NCBI GenBank assembly: GCA_012295275.1
Contig: CM022670.1
Location: forward strand, 35,464,001 to 35,528,000
Source of the DNA: Chrysomallon squamiferum
Taxonomy: Eukaryota; Animalia; Mollusca
Length of the DNA stretch: 64,000 bases
Direction of reading: 5' to 3'
Below, one piece after another: positions 14,997 through 30,256 of the stretch. Position 1 is the stretch's first letter, and each line of letters opens with the position of its first letter. A program made the position numbers and the translations under genes. The notes beneath the pieces were generated by a model that ran no database searches, had not been told where the DNA came from, and worked only from the letters and a program-made list of their open reading frames with translations.

Positions 14997-16007
14997 ATCT
15001 TCATACGGTGACATTTGAAAGTAATTTCCTGGACATTTTCAGAAAAAATGTAAAATAAGGGAAGAAAAGAGATGAAGGAAAAAAGAAAAAGATTTTTGAT
15101 TGTAATTATTTTTACTTTTTTAATTTATCTTTTTTATTATTTTTATTTTTTTACTTTTTTATTATTTTTATTACTTTTTAACTTTTATAATTATTATTAT
15201 TCATTAAAAATAAAAACTGCTTTTATATTTCAATGACGTTACTTGTAATTTGTGTAATAAAAACAATAATAACATCAAAAAAATACCTCTACTACTGCTG
15301 TTATTACTACTACTACAACTACTACAACTATTTACTACTAGTTCTACTATTACTTCTATTACAACTACTACTACTACTAATAATAATAATCATCATCACT
15401 AGTACAAAAGCTATTTTTGCGACAACACCATTATAAGAAGAACAAACATAAAAAAACAAAAAAATCAAATAAAAAAAAATCCGCAAATTGATTTCTAGCA
15501 TCATGACCAATTATCATAATTTATTAATTAAATGACGACAATTAATCGGACGCCGTTGTCTGTGAAACAACATTTACAGAGCAAATCGCTGGATTCTAAC
15601 CACACAATTGTTCTCTCGCCATCCTGGCTTCCACGATGACCTGTTAGCGAGGTCTGCCACTTTCTGCTCGCTTGTTTTCCTCCTTCACAGAAGCAGCATC
15701 TGCGAAAAACTTGCTCCGGCTCGTAGTCGCTACCAACGCTTTGCTTGGTGATTAGTGGAAGAAACCCTGCTGTGTCATATTGGCTAGGTCATAAGCTGTA
15801 CTTTCTGTATCGATCTGAACGCTGGGCTTTGTTTTTCAATCGCGTTTTCTCTCTGGCGCAGGATTTTTGGAATTTACGGACGCGGCCAAATCGGCTTAAA
15901 TGATATATATCATTTCTCGTCTGTTAAAACTGAAGATGACAGCTCTTTGCTCTTCTTCGCTGGTTTTTTTCTCTTTTTTTGTTCATTTTCTTATTTATTT
16001 ATTTATT

Positions 16008-16054
<47 letters not shown>

Positions 16055-16634
16055 GAGACAAATAATTGTTAAAAGGATAGGTTTGGATTGTATTTATTTA
16101 TTTATTTATAATTATTTAATTCTTTATATTTATTTTATTTTTTATTTTTTATTTAACTTTCTTTTCTTATCATCATCACAATCATTAAGTTCATTATTAT
16201 TACTTTAAGTACATTTTTGAATGTGAGTACGTATATATATATATATATAGGTAGTTGTATATTTTCATACATGCGGGTTTGTATATATATATATATATAT
16301 AAATATTCATAAATATATTTGTGTAAGTTTGAATAAATATGTATTTATTTTATATTTGTATGGCTGTATAGGATAACCAGTCGGATGTCGCGCTCTGTAA
16401 TTTTGAATTACAGCCTATTAATGCAGAGAAATGTTTTGTGAACAGACCTAATTCTCTGATACGAAATCAGTGATTATTCTGAAAGTTTTAATACGATTTG
16501 GATAATTCAGAAAGTACTTAGATCTGTAGCATGTAGTTTATCTTATTCCATCGAAACCTGAGTTTTGTTAATTTTCACCATATGACTGGTTATCCTATGC
16601 CGCTACACATTTATTTACGTACATACACACGCAT

Positions 16635-16777
<143 letters not shown>

Positions 16778-17550
16778 CACATATATATGTATGTATGTAT
16801 GTATATATATGTGTGTGTGTGTGCGTGCGTGCATGTCTATATATAACGTTATGTATAATACAACATTCTTTCGTGCATACACACATATATGTACATATAT
16901 ACATCTTTACATGTACACTTAAATATACTTATTTACAAACATATATACCAACTATTACACACACACACATATATATGTACATGTATATACACACACGTAA
17001 TTATGATATAAATACACATATACGCACGCATAATTGTACGCATGTTGTATACATACGTCTGAAATGACAGTATGAACGTGTAACAAGGTGGACGTTGTGT
17101 TTGATTCTGAGCTATGGAGAGACAGTTAGTGAACACACAGTTCGGCTGTCGTTCACTCCAGGCAGCCATTACATCGTAATGCATTCAGGCCTAGCTTCCG
17201 TTTATTAAACAAAGAGATCCGGCAAGGAATCGATATTCTCCCCATCCATAGTATACAAAATTATTCAAACATGTCAGTTTGGCATTTCTGTTGTGTTGGC
17301 ATGGTTACCTCTCGTTCACATGATATTTTTCTCAATAAGAAAGAAGGTTGAAGAAAAAAAAAAATAATAATAATAAATAAATAAAATAAAGCATTTCTCT
17401 TTTGAGCATGCTTCGTTGAATATGTGATGTCAGTTTTGAAAAAAAAAAAGAAGAAAAAAAAAGTGTCTTTAAAGGATCATTATCAGTTGTGGTTATGTAT
17501 TTCAGTTCAGTTTTTTATTTTTGTTTTGGAAGGGCTGTGTTTATTTTTGT

Positions 17551-17754
17551 ATTATTATTATTATTATTATTTTTATTTTTATTATTATTATTATTATTAT
17601 AATTATTATTCTTGTTATTATTGTTATTATCATTATCATCATCATCATCATTATTATTATTATTGTTATTGTTATTATTATTATTTTTATTCTTGTTATT
17701 ATTGTTATTATCATTATCATTAGTATATTATTATTATCATTATTATTATTATTA

Positions 17755-17794
<40 letters not shown>

Positions 17795-17802
17795 CATCAT
17801 CA

Positions 17803-17836
<34 letters not shown>

Positions 17837-17878
17837 CATATTATTATTATTATTATCATCATCATCATCATTATTATT
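17551..17878. repeat. Compound (ATT)n/(ATC)n microsatellite
   Basis: Source of the poly-I, poly-Y and poly-L pseudo-ORFs at 17424-17881. Confidence 0.9.
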
Positions 17879-17946
17879 TGAAATATACTCAGTGCATCAG
17901 TACATGTGTATGGGTACTAAAACATTTCTCATTCTCTGTTTTTCAG

Positions 17947-18117
17947 GTTAGTTTAGACTCTCGAGTACGCGAAGTTATCAATAGGAACATGGTGGACCCA
18001 ACGCCTCATACATTCGACGAAGCACAGTTACAAATATACACACTGATGCATCGAGACTCGTACCCCCGCTTTCTAAATTCACAAATTTATAAAAGACTTG
18101 TACAACAAACATCATGA
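17947..18117 (+). CDS. RGS20-like: RZ-family RGS terminal coding exon
   Basis: tttcag|GTT AGT TTA GAC...TCA TGA; encodes VSLDSRVREVINRNMVDPTPHTFDEAQLQIYTLMHRDSYPRFLNSQIYKRLVQQTS*. Confidence 0.97.
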   Translation, partial: VSLDSRVREVINRNMVDPTPHTFDEAQLQIYTLMHRDSYPRFLNSQIYKRLVQQTS

Positions 18118-18273
18118 AGTGCATAGTGATCTATATATGTGTATATATATACATATATAAATATATATATGTATATGTATATGTATACAAAAAAAAAAAA
18201 AAAAAATTCATCATCTTGTTTTCGCAGTTCAGAAATAGGAGTGAGATGTGTAGGCAATAGAATTCACATAAAC

Positions 18274-18314
<41 letters not shown>

Positions 18315-18563
18315 TATATTAAAAAAAATTATTTAAAAAAAAAAAAAAAGAGAAAATTATGAAAATGAAAATGAAAATAGAAATCAAAGCAGCCCGCGTC
18401 ACTTCGCGTCACTTCGTGTGTGACGTAATACACGGCGAAGAACTAAAACCTGATTTGTACAGCAACTTCCAGTATCATTTTATTTCCATGGTGATAGTGT
18501 GAACGATATTTTGCAATTTTAGCAAGCGTTCGAATGTTGTCGACTTTTGTTCGAATAATCTAC

Positions 18564-18608
<45 letters not shown>

Positions 18609-19080
18609 CTGTTGTTGTGTATGAATGTGAGAAAATTCAATGACAACTTGTTCATAAACGGATGTGTGGACGTTACTTTTTCATTGTTTCCTCGTTTTTT
18701 TTTTTTTTTTTTTTTTCATTTCTTGTTTTACTTCTTTTCATAATTTATTTATTTCTCTCCCAGCGAAAAGGAAGGATGTCTCTGCAAACCAGTCGAAGTT
18801 AATTATTGAAGGCGCGCACGCACGCACACACAGACTAAAACATTTTCATTCATTATTACCATTTGTGATTCTGATGGAGATTTGTTGTTGATGTTGTTGT
18901 TCTTGTTGTTGTTTCTTGTTGTTGTTTCCTTTTTTTGTACTTGAAACAGATGGTTAACCGAAACACAAATACATACAAAAAACAAAAAGAAAAACAAACA
19001 CTGACCAAGCATACAATTCAATTAAAAAAAAAAATAGAAGAAGAAAAGGAGCATATATGAATTCATGTTTATACTGATTC

Positions 19081-19146
<66 letters not shown>

Positions 19147-20902
19147 GTTATTATTATTATTACTATTATACGTGCACATAAAGTAGAATGCCAAACAACG
19201 TGTTGTGAAATGGTTCATAGTGGTCCAACGTCTCACCAGATCTTGATCTCAAACCAACGACAAACATCGTTGTTTCGTTCACTGTGTCGTGCGAGAGCTT
19301 GTGTCTCTGTTAGCCCGAACGATTCGCTGAGGATTCGTAGCTGTTCCATTGTCCACTTCTTTAATTCGATGACGTAATTCGCAGAGTGCCAGTGCTGATC
19401 TCAGGAAATTGAAGCCTCTTTTTTTTTTTTTTCTCGCAGAACCGGGACGAAAACGTGCAATAAGTTTCCTTTTTTTTTCGTTTTGTTCTTACATTTCTTG
19501 TGTTCTTGTCGTTTATTTGGTCCCGTCTATCCCACAGCAGTGTCACCAGTCTTTTTAACAATGTCATTGTATTTTATTATAATAATAATAAAAAAAAACA
19601 TGAAAAAACAACAACGGTGTAGACCCAGAACTTATATAACGTTTGAAATCAATCATTTCCACTGGTAAGACTTTTTCTTTTGGCAGAGTGTCTGACATTG
19701 TCAGAGATTGTGCTGAGGATAGACTTGTCACAATCTTCAATGAATCTAGACTATTACAGTCGGTCCACCTTATTCGCGGATTATATAATTCCAGGACAGC
19801 CGCGCGGAATCATGGGAGATAAATAAAATGACGTAATTTTACTCTTAACTTGAAACCTCGGCTACAGTTACTAAGAACTTGTAAAATTGCGTGGCTCATA
19901 CTGACTATAAATCAGAGCATATTGTATGCCACCATAATAATACAATTTACTGTACAGAAATGTTTTGGGGTTGTTTGTTTGTCTTCTTTTTTGTGGGGCG
20001 GGGAGGATGGATTTTTTTTTTTTTTTTTTCAAATATATATATATATAGATATATATATATCTTTTTGAACCGCGGATATGGTGGACTGACAAATGCATAG
20101 GATTATTTACAGTAGTCAGGATTTATCTGTCATTGTATTACTATTCCTTTCAGTGACTTTTAAACATGTTTATAAGTTTGGATCCATTCAAATCTTGCAG
20201 AAAGTACCAAAATATATTTTATATTTGACGTATGAAAGACTTGTCATTATAAAAAGACTTCTGAACGCTACAGTGAAACTCACAAAGCGAGAATGATGCC
20301 CATCTTTATCTAGCTAAAGTCTACAAACCAAAAAGAGTAATTTCTTAATAGTCAGCTTCACTAGACTCGTGTGTTCACTAGACTTTTCACTAGATGTTCT
20401 GTTGTTTAGTTGAGTAAATGCAAACCGGCCTTATAACAAATAGAAACACGTAGTGTAGCTCACAAAGTAACAATCAAACAGAGATCTTCGTTTATTTCAA
20501 AAATCTTAAATGTATAATCAGTTAATCAAAATGATACAGTACAGTAAAACGTCATATCAGGACAATTTAAAACCTATTTTACCATTTCTGAAATATTGGT
20601 AAGTGAACGTCGTCGTTAAAAAGCATAAATGAAGTTTCTCTTTGTGATAGAATAAAAACGCTGGCAGCTTTAAACCTAGTTCACTAACGATATTTCTTTT
20701 CCTAATGTTTACTGTTTTGTTAATCCCAAATTATTAAAGCCCAAGTTTTTTTTTTTTTTTTTTTTTTTTATATATCATTTTTACAATCCACATTTTGATT
20801 GTCATTTAAAGTCAAGATTTACGATAAAATACATGTATTCCTGTTATGTTTTTAGACCTTTCTTTTGTCCATATTTTATCCATTTATGACCTGAAATTAT
20901 GA

Positions 20903-20984
<82 letters not shown>

Positions 20985-21453
20985 TTTTGCTGATGTCACT
21001 ATTATCTTTCTGTTTTTTTCTTTTTTTTTTGTTGTGGAAAATTTCACTTCATGTCGGTGTTAATGATAGCGATGTCCCACTGACAGTTTCCCTAGTCATT
21101 CTTTTCTTCCCAGGATCCAATTAACAATTAACAGATGGTAGCCCACGGCGTAAGAATCTTCCAAATGTGTCCAGCCTCTTCAAACCCAGACTCAATGGCA
21201 TTTTTTGCCCATTTGTCGAGAGAGCTGGACATATTTATGGTATCCGACTGCGCATGCTCAGAATGTCTTTCGTATCATAATTGCCACTTCGATGTAATAT
21301 CGATTTTGCTGCATTTCTGTAATGAACAAATGAATTCATTCCACTAGACTTGGTCCAGTCCTGTCGCTTTGTTTGTTGGCTGACAGCAAAAACAGTGTCC
21401 TCAAACATACCGTAATTTATGATGATGCTTTTACTTCTGTCAACATCCTTTTC

Positions 21454-21502
<49 letters not shown>

Positions 21503-21876
21503 ATCTGGAAAATTATTTTTAAATTTTTATTTATGCTACATATTTAAAAAATTTGTTTTACCTTCCCCACCCATATAGTATTATTATTATTATTTTTTTT
21601 TTTTTAATAAATAATAAGAAAAGATTATGATCACAAATTATTAAACAAAAGTATATGTGCTAAATACTAGTAAAGGAATCTTCCAAATGTGTCCAGCCTC
21701 TTCATACTGTTAAATACAGTGAATATAAATAAAACTCCTTTCCCAAATAAGTGATCGTTATTATGTATCTTGATTTTTTTCCCCTCCCTTAACGATAGGT
21801 AATACAAAATATTTGTTAATACTGATTATTGATAAAATATATTTCAAAACATTGTTAATAACATAAAAGCTGATGC

Positions 21877-21907
<31 letters not shown>

Positions 21908-22140
21908 GATAGAAGGAAAGATTTGGTTAATTAATATTACAGTTCAATAGAACGAATATTATTTACTTCTTTTGAAATTTGTGTTTCTTTTCGTTTTTTT
22001 GACTAATGTGAATATAAAATACTTTTGATCTATGTTACTTGGGTATATACTGTTAACATGCAGAAATATGTTCCAAAAGCCAAACATGAGCACAAACTTA
22101 CCTCTCTGGCGTTCTGTTCAAGATGTATTAAATATGGCCG

Positions 22141-22178
<38 letters not shown>

Positions 22179-22368
22179 CGTTTAAATGTTCAACGTTCAA
22201 AGGGAAATAACTGTATAATTTTGAGAATGGAACCTTTTCATGGGGGTCGTATTTCACTTAGATTTAATATAATTTGGGTTAGGATCATTTATAATATATC
22301 ATGGTTATTATAAAGAGTTCAGAATGAAATAAAAAGATTATTATTATTTATTTATTTATTATTTTATT

Positions 22369-22403
<35 letters not shown>

Positions 22404-24008
22404 TTTTTTTTTTTATTTTTTTTTAATAATATTTAAATTTTTTTCATGCTTGTTTTTATTTAATAAGTAAAAGTACTCTAGTTCTCTTGTTATTAAATTC
22501 AAACAAAATAGCTCAGCAGTTTTTACAGTAGCCCAAAATGATCATTATTAATAGAAAAAATGTTAATCAATGATGTTATTTGCCTTTTTAATGCGAAGTA
22601 ATGTTATTTATGTTTTAGAAAAATCAATAATTATTCTAATTATAATAATGCACAATTGTTCCATTTTAGATCCCTCTTCTGCAGGTTATATTTAATTATT
22701 TATTTATTTTGTTTTAATTTACTTATTTGTTCATTTTATTTATTTATTAATTAACTTATTTAATTATTTTATTTCGTTTTATTTTATTTATTTTATTTTC
22801 TTTCTTTCATTATTTATTCATGTCTTTATTTATTTATTTATTTTATTTTATTTTATTTTATTTATCTTCATTCTTTCATTATTTATTCATGTCTTTATTT
22901 ATTTATTTATTTATTTATTTATTTGTTTATTTATTTATTTAATAATATCTTAATAAACTATAGACTATTTAGAAAGTGATTGCACGGAGACAATATATGT
23001 AAAATTATTTCTAACAATATACACCTGTGAATTCACGAAATAATATAAACAGTGGAAAAGCGGCCCCCTTCCCTTGTAATCATTGCTGTTACCTCCCTTT
23101 GACCAGCAGAATATTTGTGAAAATAGGCTTCAGTGTGAACTTTTTGGAATGTGTTTTATAAGACGTTGATTCTTTGTCGCCGTTGCAAGCTTTGAATGGA
23201 TATTGTTTGGTTTTTTAACCACCATCGCGGCCCAAAATGCCAACTCAAGAACATGCGACAACGAATACCATAGTGTGCGTGATTTGCGTTTCGAGTTCAT
23301 TCCAGACTGAAACATATCTTTATTTATGACACCGTTATCGTCGTTTGCTTGTATACGTTTCTAGCCCACACAACCTTATTTCACGTTCCAACCGGCACTG
23401 CCGATATTTAAGGTACGTTCTTACCTTGCGATTCGCCGTAACGATCTTGGGCACCAAGAGTGTAATCATAATGCATTAGGATCAATTCTCACTGTTGAAA
23501 AGCCTTTCACAGATCGTTATAACGAGTTAAACTGTGTGAACGTACAGTTTAAATCGTTCAGCAGAGAACTGAAATAAGGCGTCACGCGAAACAATGACTC
23601 AACATAAAATATGTTACGTTTGTAATGTTTTGTACTGTCACGCATATCAACAGAACGGATTCATCAACAGTTTAAATATATTTTTTTTTTTAAATGTGTG
23701 TTCCTCATCCTTCAATTCTTATTTCATTCTTACTTAACAGTAATGTAATTTAATAAAACAAAGAAATTATCTTTCAAACAAAGACAATGCTTTCCTGCTT
23801 AAATTGGTTTGACATAGCCTCACAGAGCATAAATTTGAATTTTTTTTCTTTTTTAAATTAAAGTTACAAAGACTCTATAAATTATCGTCTGCACACTGAC
23901 CATTTTTTTAATTCAACTTACACGAACCATTTAATGTGAAGTAATTTTAAAAATTTGCCATGTGAAAGTTGTTTTGTACACTGTTACGGTGTTTTTTATA
24001 TATATATA

Positions 24009-24069
<61 letters not shown>

Positions 24070-24493
24070 GGCTAAAATATGTTTAACAGTTAAACATGCC
24101 AGTTACTCTGAAATTGTCTGATAAATATTTTAGTTTAGATCTGTTTGAGGTTCGGTAGGGAATTGATGTGTGTATTAATGGCACTGTTAAAATTTTCACA
24201 ATAGCTCAAAGTTATACCTCATTTAATACATCATCATTCTTGTGTCTTTTGTATTGTTGTTGTTGTTGTTGTTACCACTACTGCTAGTTCTACTACTACT
24301 ACCACCACTACAACTTTTATTATACTTATTTTTCATCATCATCATCATCATTTTATTATCACAATCATTATCGTTATCGTTATTATTATCATTGTTATTA
24401 TTAAAACCTATTACTATTTCTGCTACTGCTATGTCTACTACTCTTATTATTAATATTATTACAACTACTACTACAACTGCTGCTTCTGCTATA

Positions 24494-24534
<41 letters not shown>

Positions 24535-24911
24535 GTTTATTATTATTATTATTATTGTTATTTTGATTGTTCTGGTAAAGAATCCCTTTTACCCATTTCC
24601 ATCATGTTAAACATCAATAGTTGTCTGTTATTCTATTCACGTTATCTACATTAATAATAATAACAGTGATATTGTTATATGGTTTGTTACATGCTCTGAA
24701 CTGTTATTATGTCAGTAAGAGAATATAAATAATTAGGTTTTCAAAATTATAAAAATGTTATTAATATTATCGTTAAGGATGATATCGTTATTTTCTTCCT
24801 TCTTACTTTTTTTTAAAAATAAAAGATAACAAAACGTGGCTTAAAATAAAAGTAAAATAAATAAAAGGAAAAAAAAAAAAAAAAAAAAAAAAAAGCGTTG
24901 TTCGATTTGTT

Positions 24912-24961
24912 TAAAGGACAAATGAACTAAAAAAAGGTTGTAAACGTTCATTTGTCCTTTA
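24912..24961. repeat. Perfect 16-bp inverted repeat with an 18-nt spacer
   Basis: taaaggacaaatgaac (24912-24927) is the reverse complement of gttcatttgtccttta (24946-24961). Confidence 0.9.
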
Positions 24962-25199
24962 TTTTAAAATTTTCGATTTGTTTTTTTTTTTTTCCTTGCA
25001 TTTTATCTTTTGAATCAAGATTTTTGTTTTTTTCATTCATTTTCTTAACTCTGTTTTAACTGAGATATAATAATAATAACAGTAATAATGAGCGTGAAAT
25101 ATAATAATAAAATAATGTTCGCTTGCTAGTTCTTTTTATATGTTCAAATGTTCTTAACATCAAAATAAACGTTATCTTTTTTAAGTAAGTGTGATAGAC

Positions 25200-25251
<52 letters not shown>

Positions 25252-25612
25252 TTGTTATTTCTCTAAATGGTAAAAGTGAATGTTTAATTACGATGAGAAA
25301 TCTGTTATGTGCGTCACTGGATAAGGCAGTTCTGTGAGTTAATTGTGTATCAAAACCGTGGATTTATTACTACAAATTGTAATTTATATTACACGATTTA
25401 TTTTTTAAAATTTGTTTTTAAAATATATTTTATTTTTATTTATTTATTTATTTATTTATTTTATTTTATTTTATTTTATTTTATTTTATTATGATTCTTT
25501 TCTATTCTCTTCTCTTTATTTTTTTATATTATCAATTTATTATTATTATTATTATTGTTATTATTATTATTACTATTATTATTAATATTATGATTATTAT
25601 TGCTACTACTAC

Positions 25613-25653
<41 letters not shown>

Positions 25654-27809
25654 TATTATTATTATTATTTGTATGCAATTTTGTGAAGTTATAATATTTA
25701 TTTTTATACTAGTAGAATGTCTTTTTCTTCTGCAAATAGCTCGGCAGATTTTACTCAGATAACAATAGGAATGATGAATTATTTAGAACTCGCTGTCAGT
25801 GCACTGGTTTGAAAGGTAACGTGATGCTGGAGAGAGATTTGTCAGTAATTATTGATACAGGTAACCAAAATGTACGTCGAAACAATATTGCTTAAGGATG
25901 TAATAAGCGCCATAATATAGAATTTTGTTAGATATATATATGTTTTTGAGATCGTCTGCAGTTTAATATTTATATTAATAATACGTTATATGTGTTTGTG
26001 TGTATGGATGTGTGTGTGAATGTGTGTATTTACATATACACAAACACACAACATATATATATATATTTATTTATATGCATATATATATAAATATATATAC
26101 TTACACACAGTGACACATATAATTTAAAAATCAGATTAAAAAACCACCTGAACTTTATAATACATTCTGCATTTTAAATACAACTTAAATCTTAGATGTA
26201 ATTTATTTGTTGCTGCATCACTTTAAAGGTAATCAAAAGCTTTTTAATCAGATTTGCTTAATGTTAAATGTATTTAAAAAGAAAAAAAAGAACCTATATT
26301 ATGAATTACAGTCTACAAAGTATGTCAGTTTTTTGTGCAGAGATAATGTTTGTTTGTTTATTTATTTATTTATTTTTTTTATCACTGGATTAAATATTAC
26401 AAATATGCTTGCAGTTCAGGACAAAATTCATAAAACTTACAAAGCCTAGTAGCCAAACAAATCAGAGAGTATATGAGTGAACTTTTCTGTAGAAGAATGT
26501 TCTGAAGTTACATCTAAGTACGACCTGGAGTATATCTGAATCACAATCAAGTTGTTTAACCATTTCTTTGAGTGTTATCGTCTAGTAAACAACTGTGGAA
26601 AGTTTAATGAATTTTGACCCGACTTCCATTTATAAGAAACTGTTTCGATCTCTGTTTGAAAATGATATTTATCTTGCTACTAACTAGCAAAAAAAAAAAA
26701 CCCAACTTGTTAGACAGCTTTGGTGTTTTGTCACGTGTAGACGATTGTTTTCATTTCGTTTACAGTAAGCGTGTTTGTTACAGCACCTCTCTTGTTTCAA
26801 TGACATACCTCGATCGTTACATTCTAAATCTGTGTGTTTAAACTTTTTTTTTTTTTTTTTTAATTAGTCGTCAGAATTAGTATTTAAATGTTGAGAAGAG
26901 GAATGAAGTTATTTTTTACGATATGGATATTTCTAGTTTTCTGTTCCGTGAATCCGTTATTGTTTGTTTTTTTCATTTCTATTTTATTGTTATTTTTACT
27001 TATTTTTATTGATACATATCTATTATTTATTTTGTTTTATTTATCATCATCATCATCATCATCATCATTACTATCATCATTATCATCATCATAATCATTT
27101 TCATGTTATTAGATCTTGCTGTATGCATATCCTGCCACATATATATATATACATAAATCGACTCATTCCAGAAGATATAATGTTGAATATATTGCATGCT
27201 CAGTTTGTAAAAAAAACATTACTGGCATTCACTAAAAATCTTCATCAGAAGAAAAAGCTCATTGATAAATGAACGTTCAGATAACAACTAACGTGTCCAA
27301 AGCAACACATATAACAAATCCGAAATTATAAAGGTGACTCTCTCCTAAGAAAATAAAATAAAGCTTTAAAATGGTACAAACCTCTTTAAAACAAGGTTAA
27401 TAAAATAATGTAGCAACGGGTCTCGTCGCAAAGTTGAGCCCTTTTGTGGACATGTTTCACACCTTCAGTTGCACACACAGCGGTTTTTAACTGTTGATTT
27501 GGGTTTCAGCGCGAATGAAAAAGGCAGGACAGTTTTAAAAAATCAGACAATCAGGAAGCAGCCGTGTTTTGCTGTTAACGGCATTCTCTTCGAGTGACTT
27601 TACACACCATTCCTTGAAATCGGTCACAAATTCAATGGACTGCTAAAAATCAACACGATAAGTTAAATGTTACGAAATGTTCAGCTTTCTCCCGTTAGCC
27701 TGCGTAACCCAACTTCTCTGTCGTTGTTGTGTGTTTTTAAGCTATAAATTTAGTTGTAATTTGTTCTTCTTTAAACAAAAATAAATAAAAATAATAAATG
27801 TATATATAA

Positions 27810-27859
<50 letters not shown>

Positions 27860-28935
27860 TTGTTATTTGTGAGAGCACTAAGACACAAAATTTTACCAAA
27901 ACAGTAATTCTTAAGATATGTGTCTTTTTTTTTGCAATTGTGATTTTTTTTTTTTTTTTTTTTTTTTTTTCCATGTTTGTAGTGCCAGTGTAAATGTTTG
28001 TGGTACTCGACAGATAAACGTGTGTTATTGTATTTTGATGTTAGATCCTGCCAATCGTCAAAGAGACATCCCTCCCACACAGAAACTGTAAAACTTTTAT
28101 GTTTCTTTCTTTTCTTTTCCTCTTTATTTATAACCATTTTTATTTTTATTTTTATTTTTTTTTTTTTTGAAATGTGTCGCCTTGCCAATGCATAAACTCA
28201 AACGACTGTTCGTCTTTTGGTTAAGTGGAAGAATAATATCTTTTTCTTTCACTTTCTAATTATTTTTTTTTTTTTTTTTTTTTTTTTTTCACGTGTGTAT
28301 GTGTGTGCGTGTGTTTAAAACGCAAACAGTGTTTTGGATCCAAACACGGTAACTACAACAACGCAACTGGTGAGTGAAAAATGAGTCACCAGAAACATTG
28401 ATTATGTTTCATCAAGGATGAATGTTTGTTATATAATTGTGCATTATAAGTTTCTACTACTACTATTACAACTACGCTCAGAAAACAGATGTGTAGTTTT
28501 TCTACCTGACTAATTACCCAGGTAGACAAGGCTATAGATAATGTTTTGTCTTATTGTTTCAAATTATTTCATGCCAGAGGGTATTACATTTATATTTATA
28601 TTAATTGTTTAAGTCATGAATGTGGTTGTTTTTCTTTTGACTTTCAGATGATTCAATGATGTAAACAATGTCATCGATTAAAACTTCTTAAATGCATTTT
28701 TCAAATAGTCTGTTTTTTTTTTTTTTTTTTTTTTACTCTTTAACCCATTTTTTCCATCATCCAGAAATGAAGAAAATAATGTTTTTCATTTAATATATTT
28801 AATCTACGTTTTATGACTATTATGAATATGTAGGTAATGTAGAGAAAAGTCGATGTTTCGAAGTAATGGGCTGTATATTTTCATTTCTCAACAGTGGATT
28901 ATATATATGTCTTCCTATTAACAGGAAAACAAACA

Positions 28936-30256
28936 GAACCGCCAGAGTTAAACCTGGATAAAAACAGTCCTGTAGAACGGCCACTGTTAAACCTGGATAT
29001 AAAACAGTCCTGTAGAACGGCCAGTGTTAAACCTGGATATAAACCAGTCCTGTAGAACGGCCAGTGTTAAACCTGGATATAAACCAGTCCTGTAGAACGG
29101 CCAGCATTAAACCTGGATATAAACCAGTCCTGTAGAACGGCCAGTGTTAAACCTGGATATAAAACAGTCCTGTAGAACGGCCAGTGTTAAACCTGGATAT
29201 AAAACAGTCCTGTAGAACGGCCAGTGTTAAACCTGGATATAAAACAGTCCTGTAGAATGGCCAGTGTTAAACCTGGATATAAAACAGTCCTGTAGAACGG
29301 CCAGTGTTAAACCTGGATATAAACCAGTCCTGTAGAACAGCCAGTGTTAAACCTGGATATAAACCAGTCCTGTAGAACGGCCAGTGTTAAACCTGGATAT
29401 AAACCAGTCCTGTAGAACGGCCAGTGTTAAACCTGGATATAAAACAGTCCTGTAGAACGGCCAGTGTTAAACCTGGATATAAAACAGTCCTGTAGAACGG
29501 CCAGTGTTAAACCTGGATATAAACCAGTCCTGTAGAACGGCCAGTGTTAAACCTGGATATAAACCAGTCCTGTAGAATGGCCAGTGTTAAACCTGGATAT
29601 AAACCAGTCCTGTAGAACGACCAGTGTTAAACCTGGATATAAACCAGTCCTGTAGAACGACCAGTGTTAAACCTGGATATAAACCAGTCCTGTAGAACGA
29701 CCACTGTTAAACCTGGATATAAAACAGTCCTGTAGAACGACCACTGTTAAACCTGGATATAAAACAGTCCTGTAGAACGGCCAGTGTTAAACCTGGATAT
29801 AAACCAGTCCTGTAGAATGGCCAGTGTTAAACCTGGATATAAACCAGTCCTGTAGAACGGCTACTGTTAAACCTGGATATAAACCAGTCCTGTAGAACGG
29901 CCACTGTTAAACCTGGATATAAACCAGTCCTGTAGAACGGCTACTGTTAAACCTGGATATAAACCAGTCCTGTAGAACGGCTACTGTTAAACCTGGATAT
30001 AAAACAGTCCTGTAGAACGGCCAGTGTTAAACCTGGATATAAAACAGTCCTGTAGAACGGCCACTGTTAAACCTGGATATAAACCAGTCCTGTAGAACGG
30101 CTAGTGTTAAACCTGGATATAAACCAGTCCTGTAGAACGGCCAGTGTTAAACCTGGATATAAACCAGTCCTGTAGAACAGCCAGTGTTAAACCTGGATAT
30201 AAACCAGTCCCTGTAGAACGACCAGTGTTAAACCTGGATATAAAACAGTCCTGTAG
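28936..30256. repeat. 40-bp minisatellite (VNTR), about 33 tandem copies
   Basis: Consensus aaa(c/a)cagtcctgtagaacggccagtgttaaacctggatat repeated head to tail with no spacers and only a few variable positions. Confidence 0.98.

Noticed and set aside
28936-30256. CRISPR-like appearance of the 40-bp array, and ORF 30107-30388
   Set aside because: Units are contiguous with no unique spacers, there are no cas genes and the context is eukaryotic. The ORF is a translation running into the repeat.
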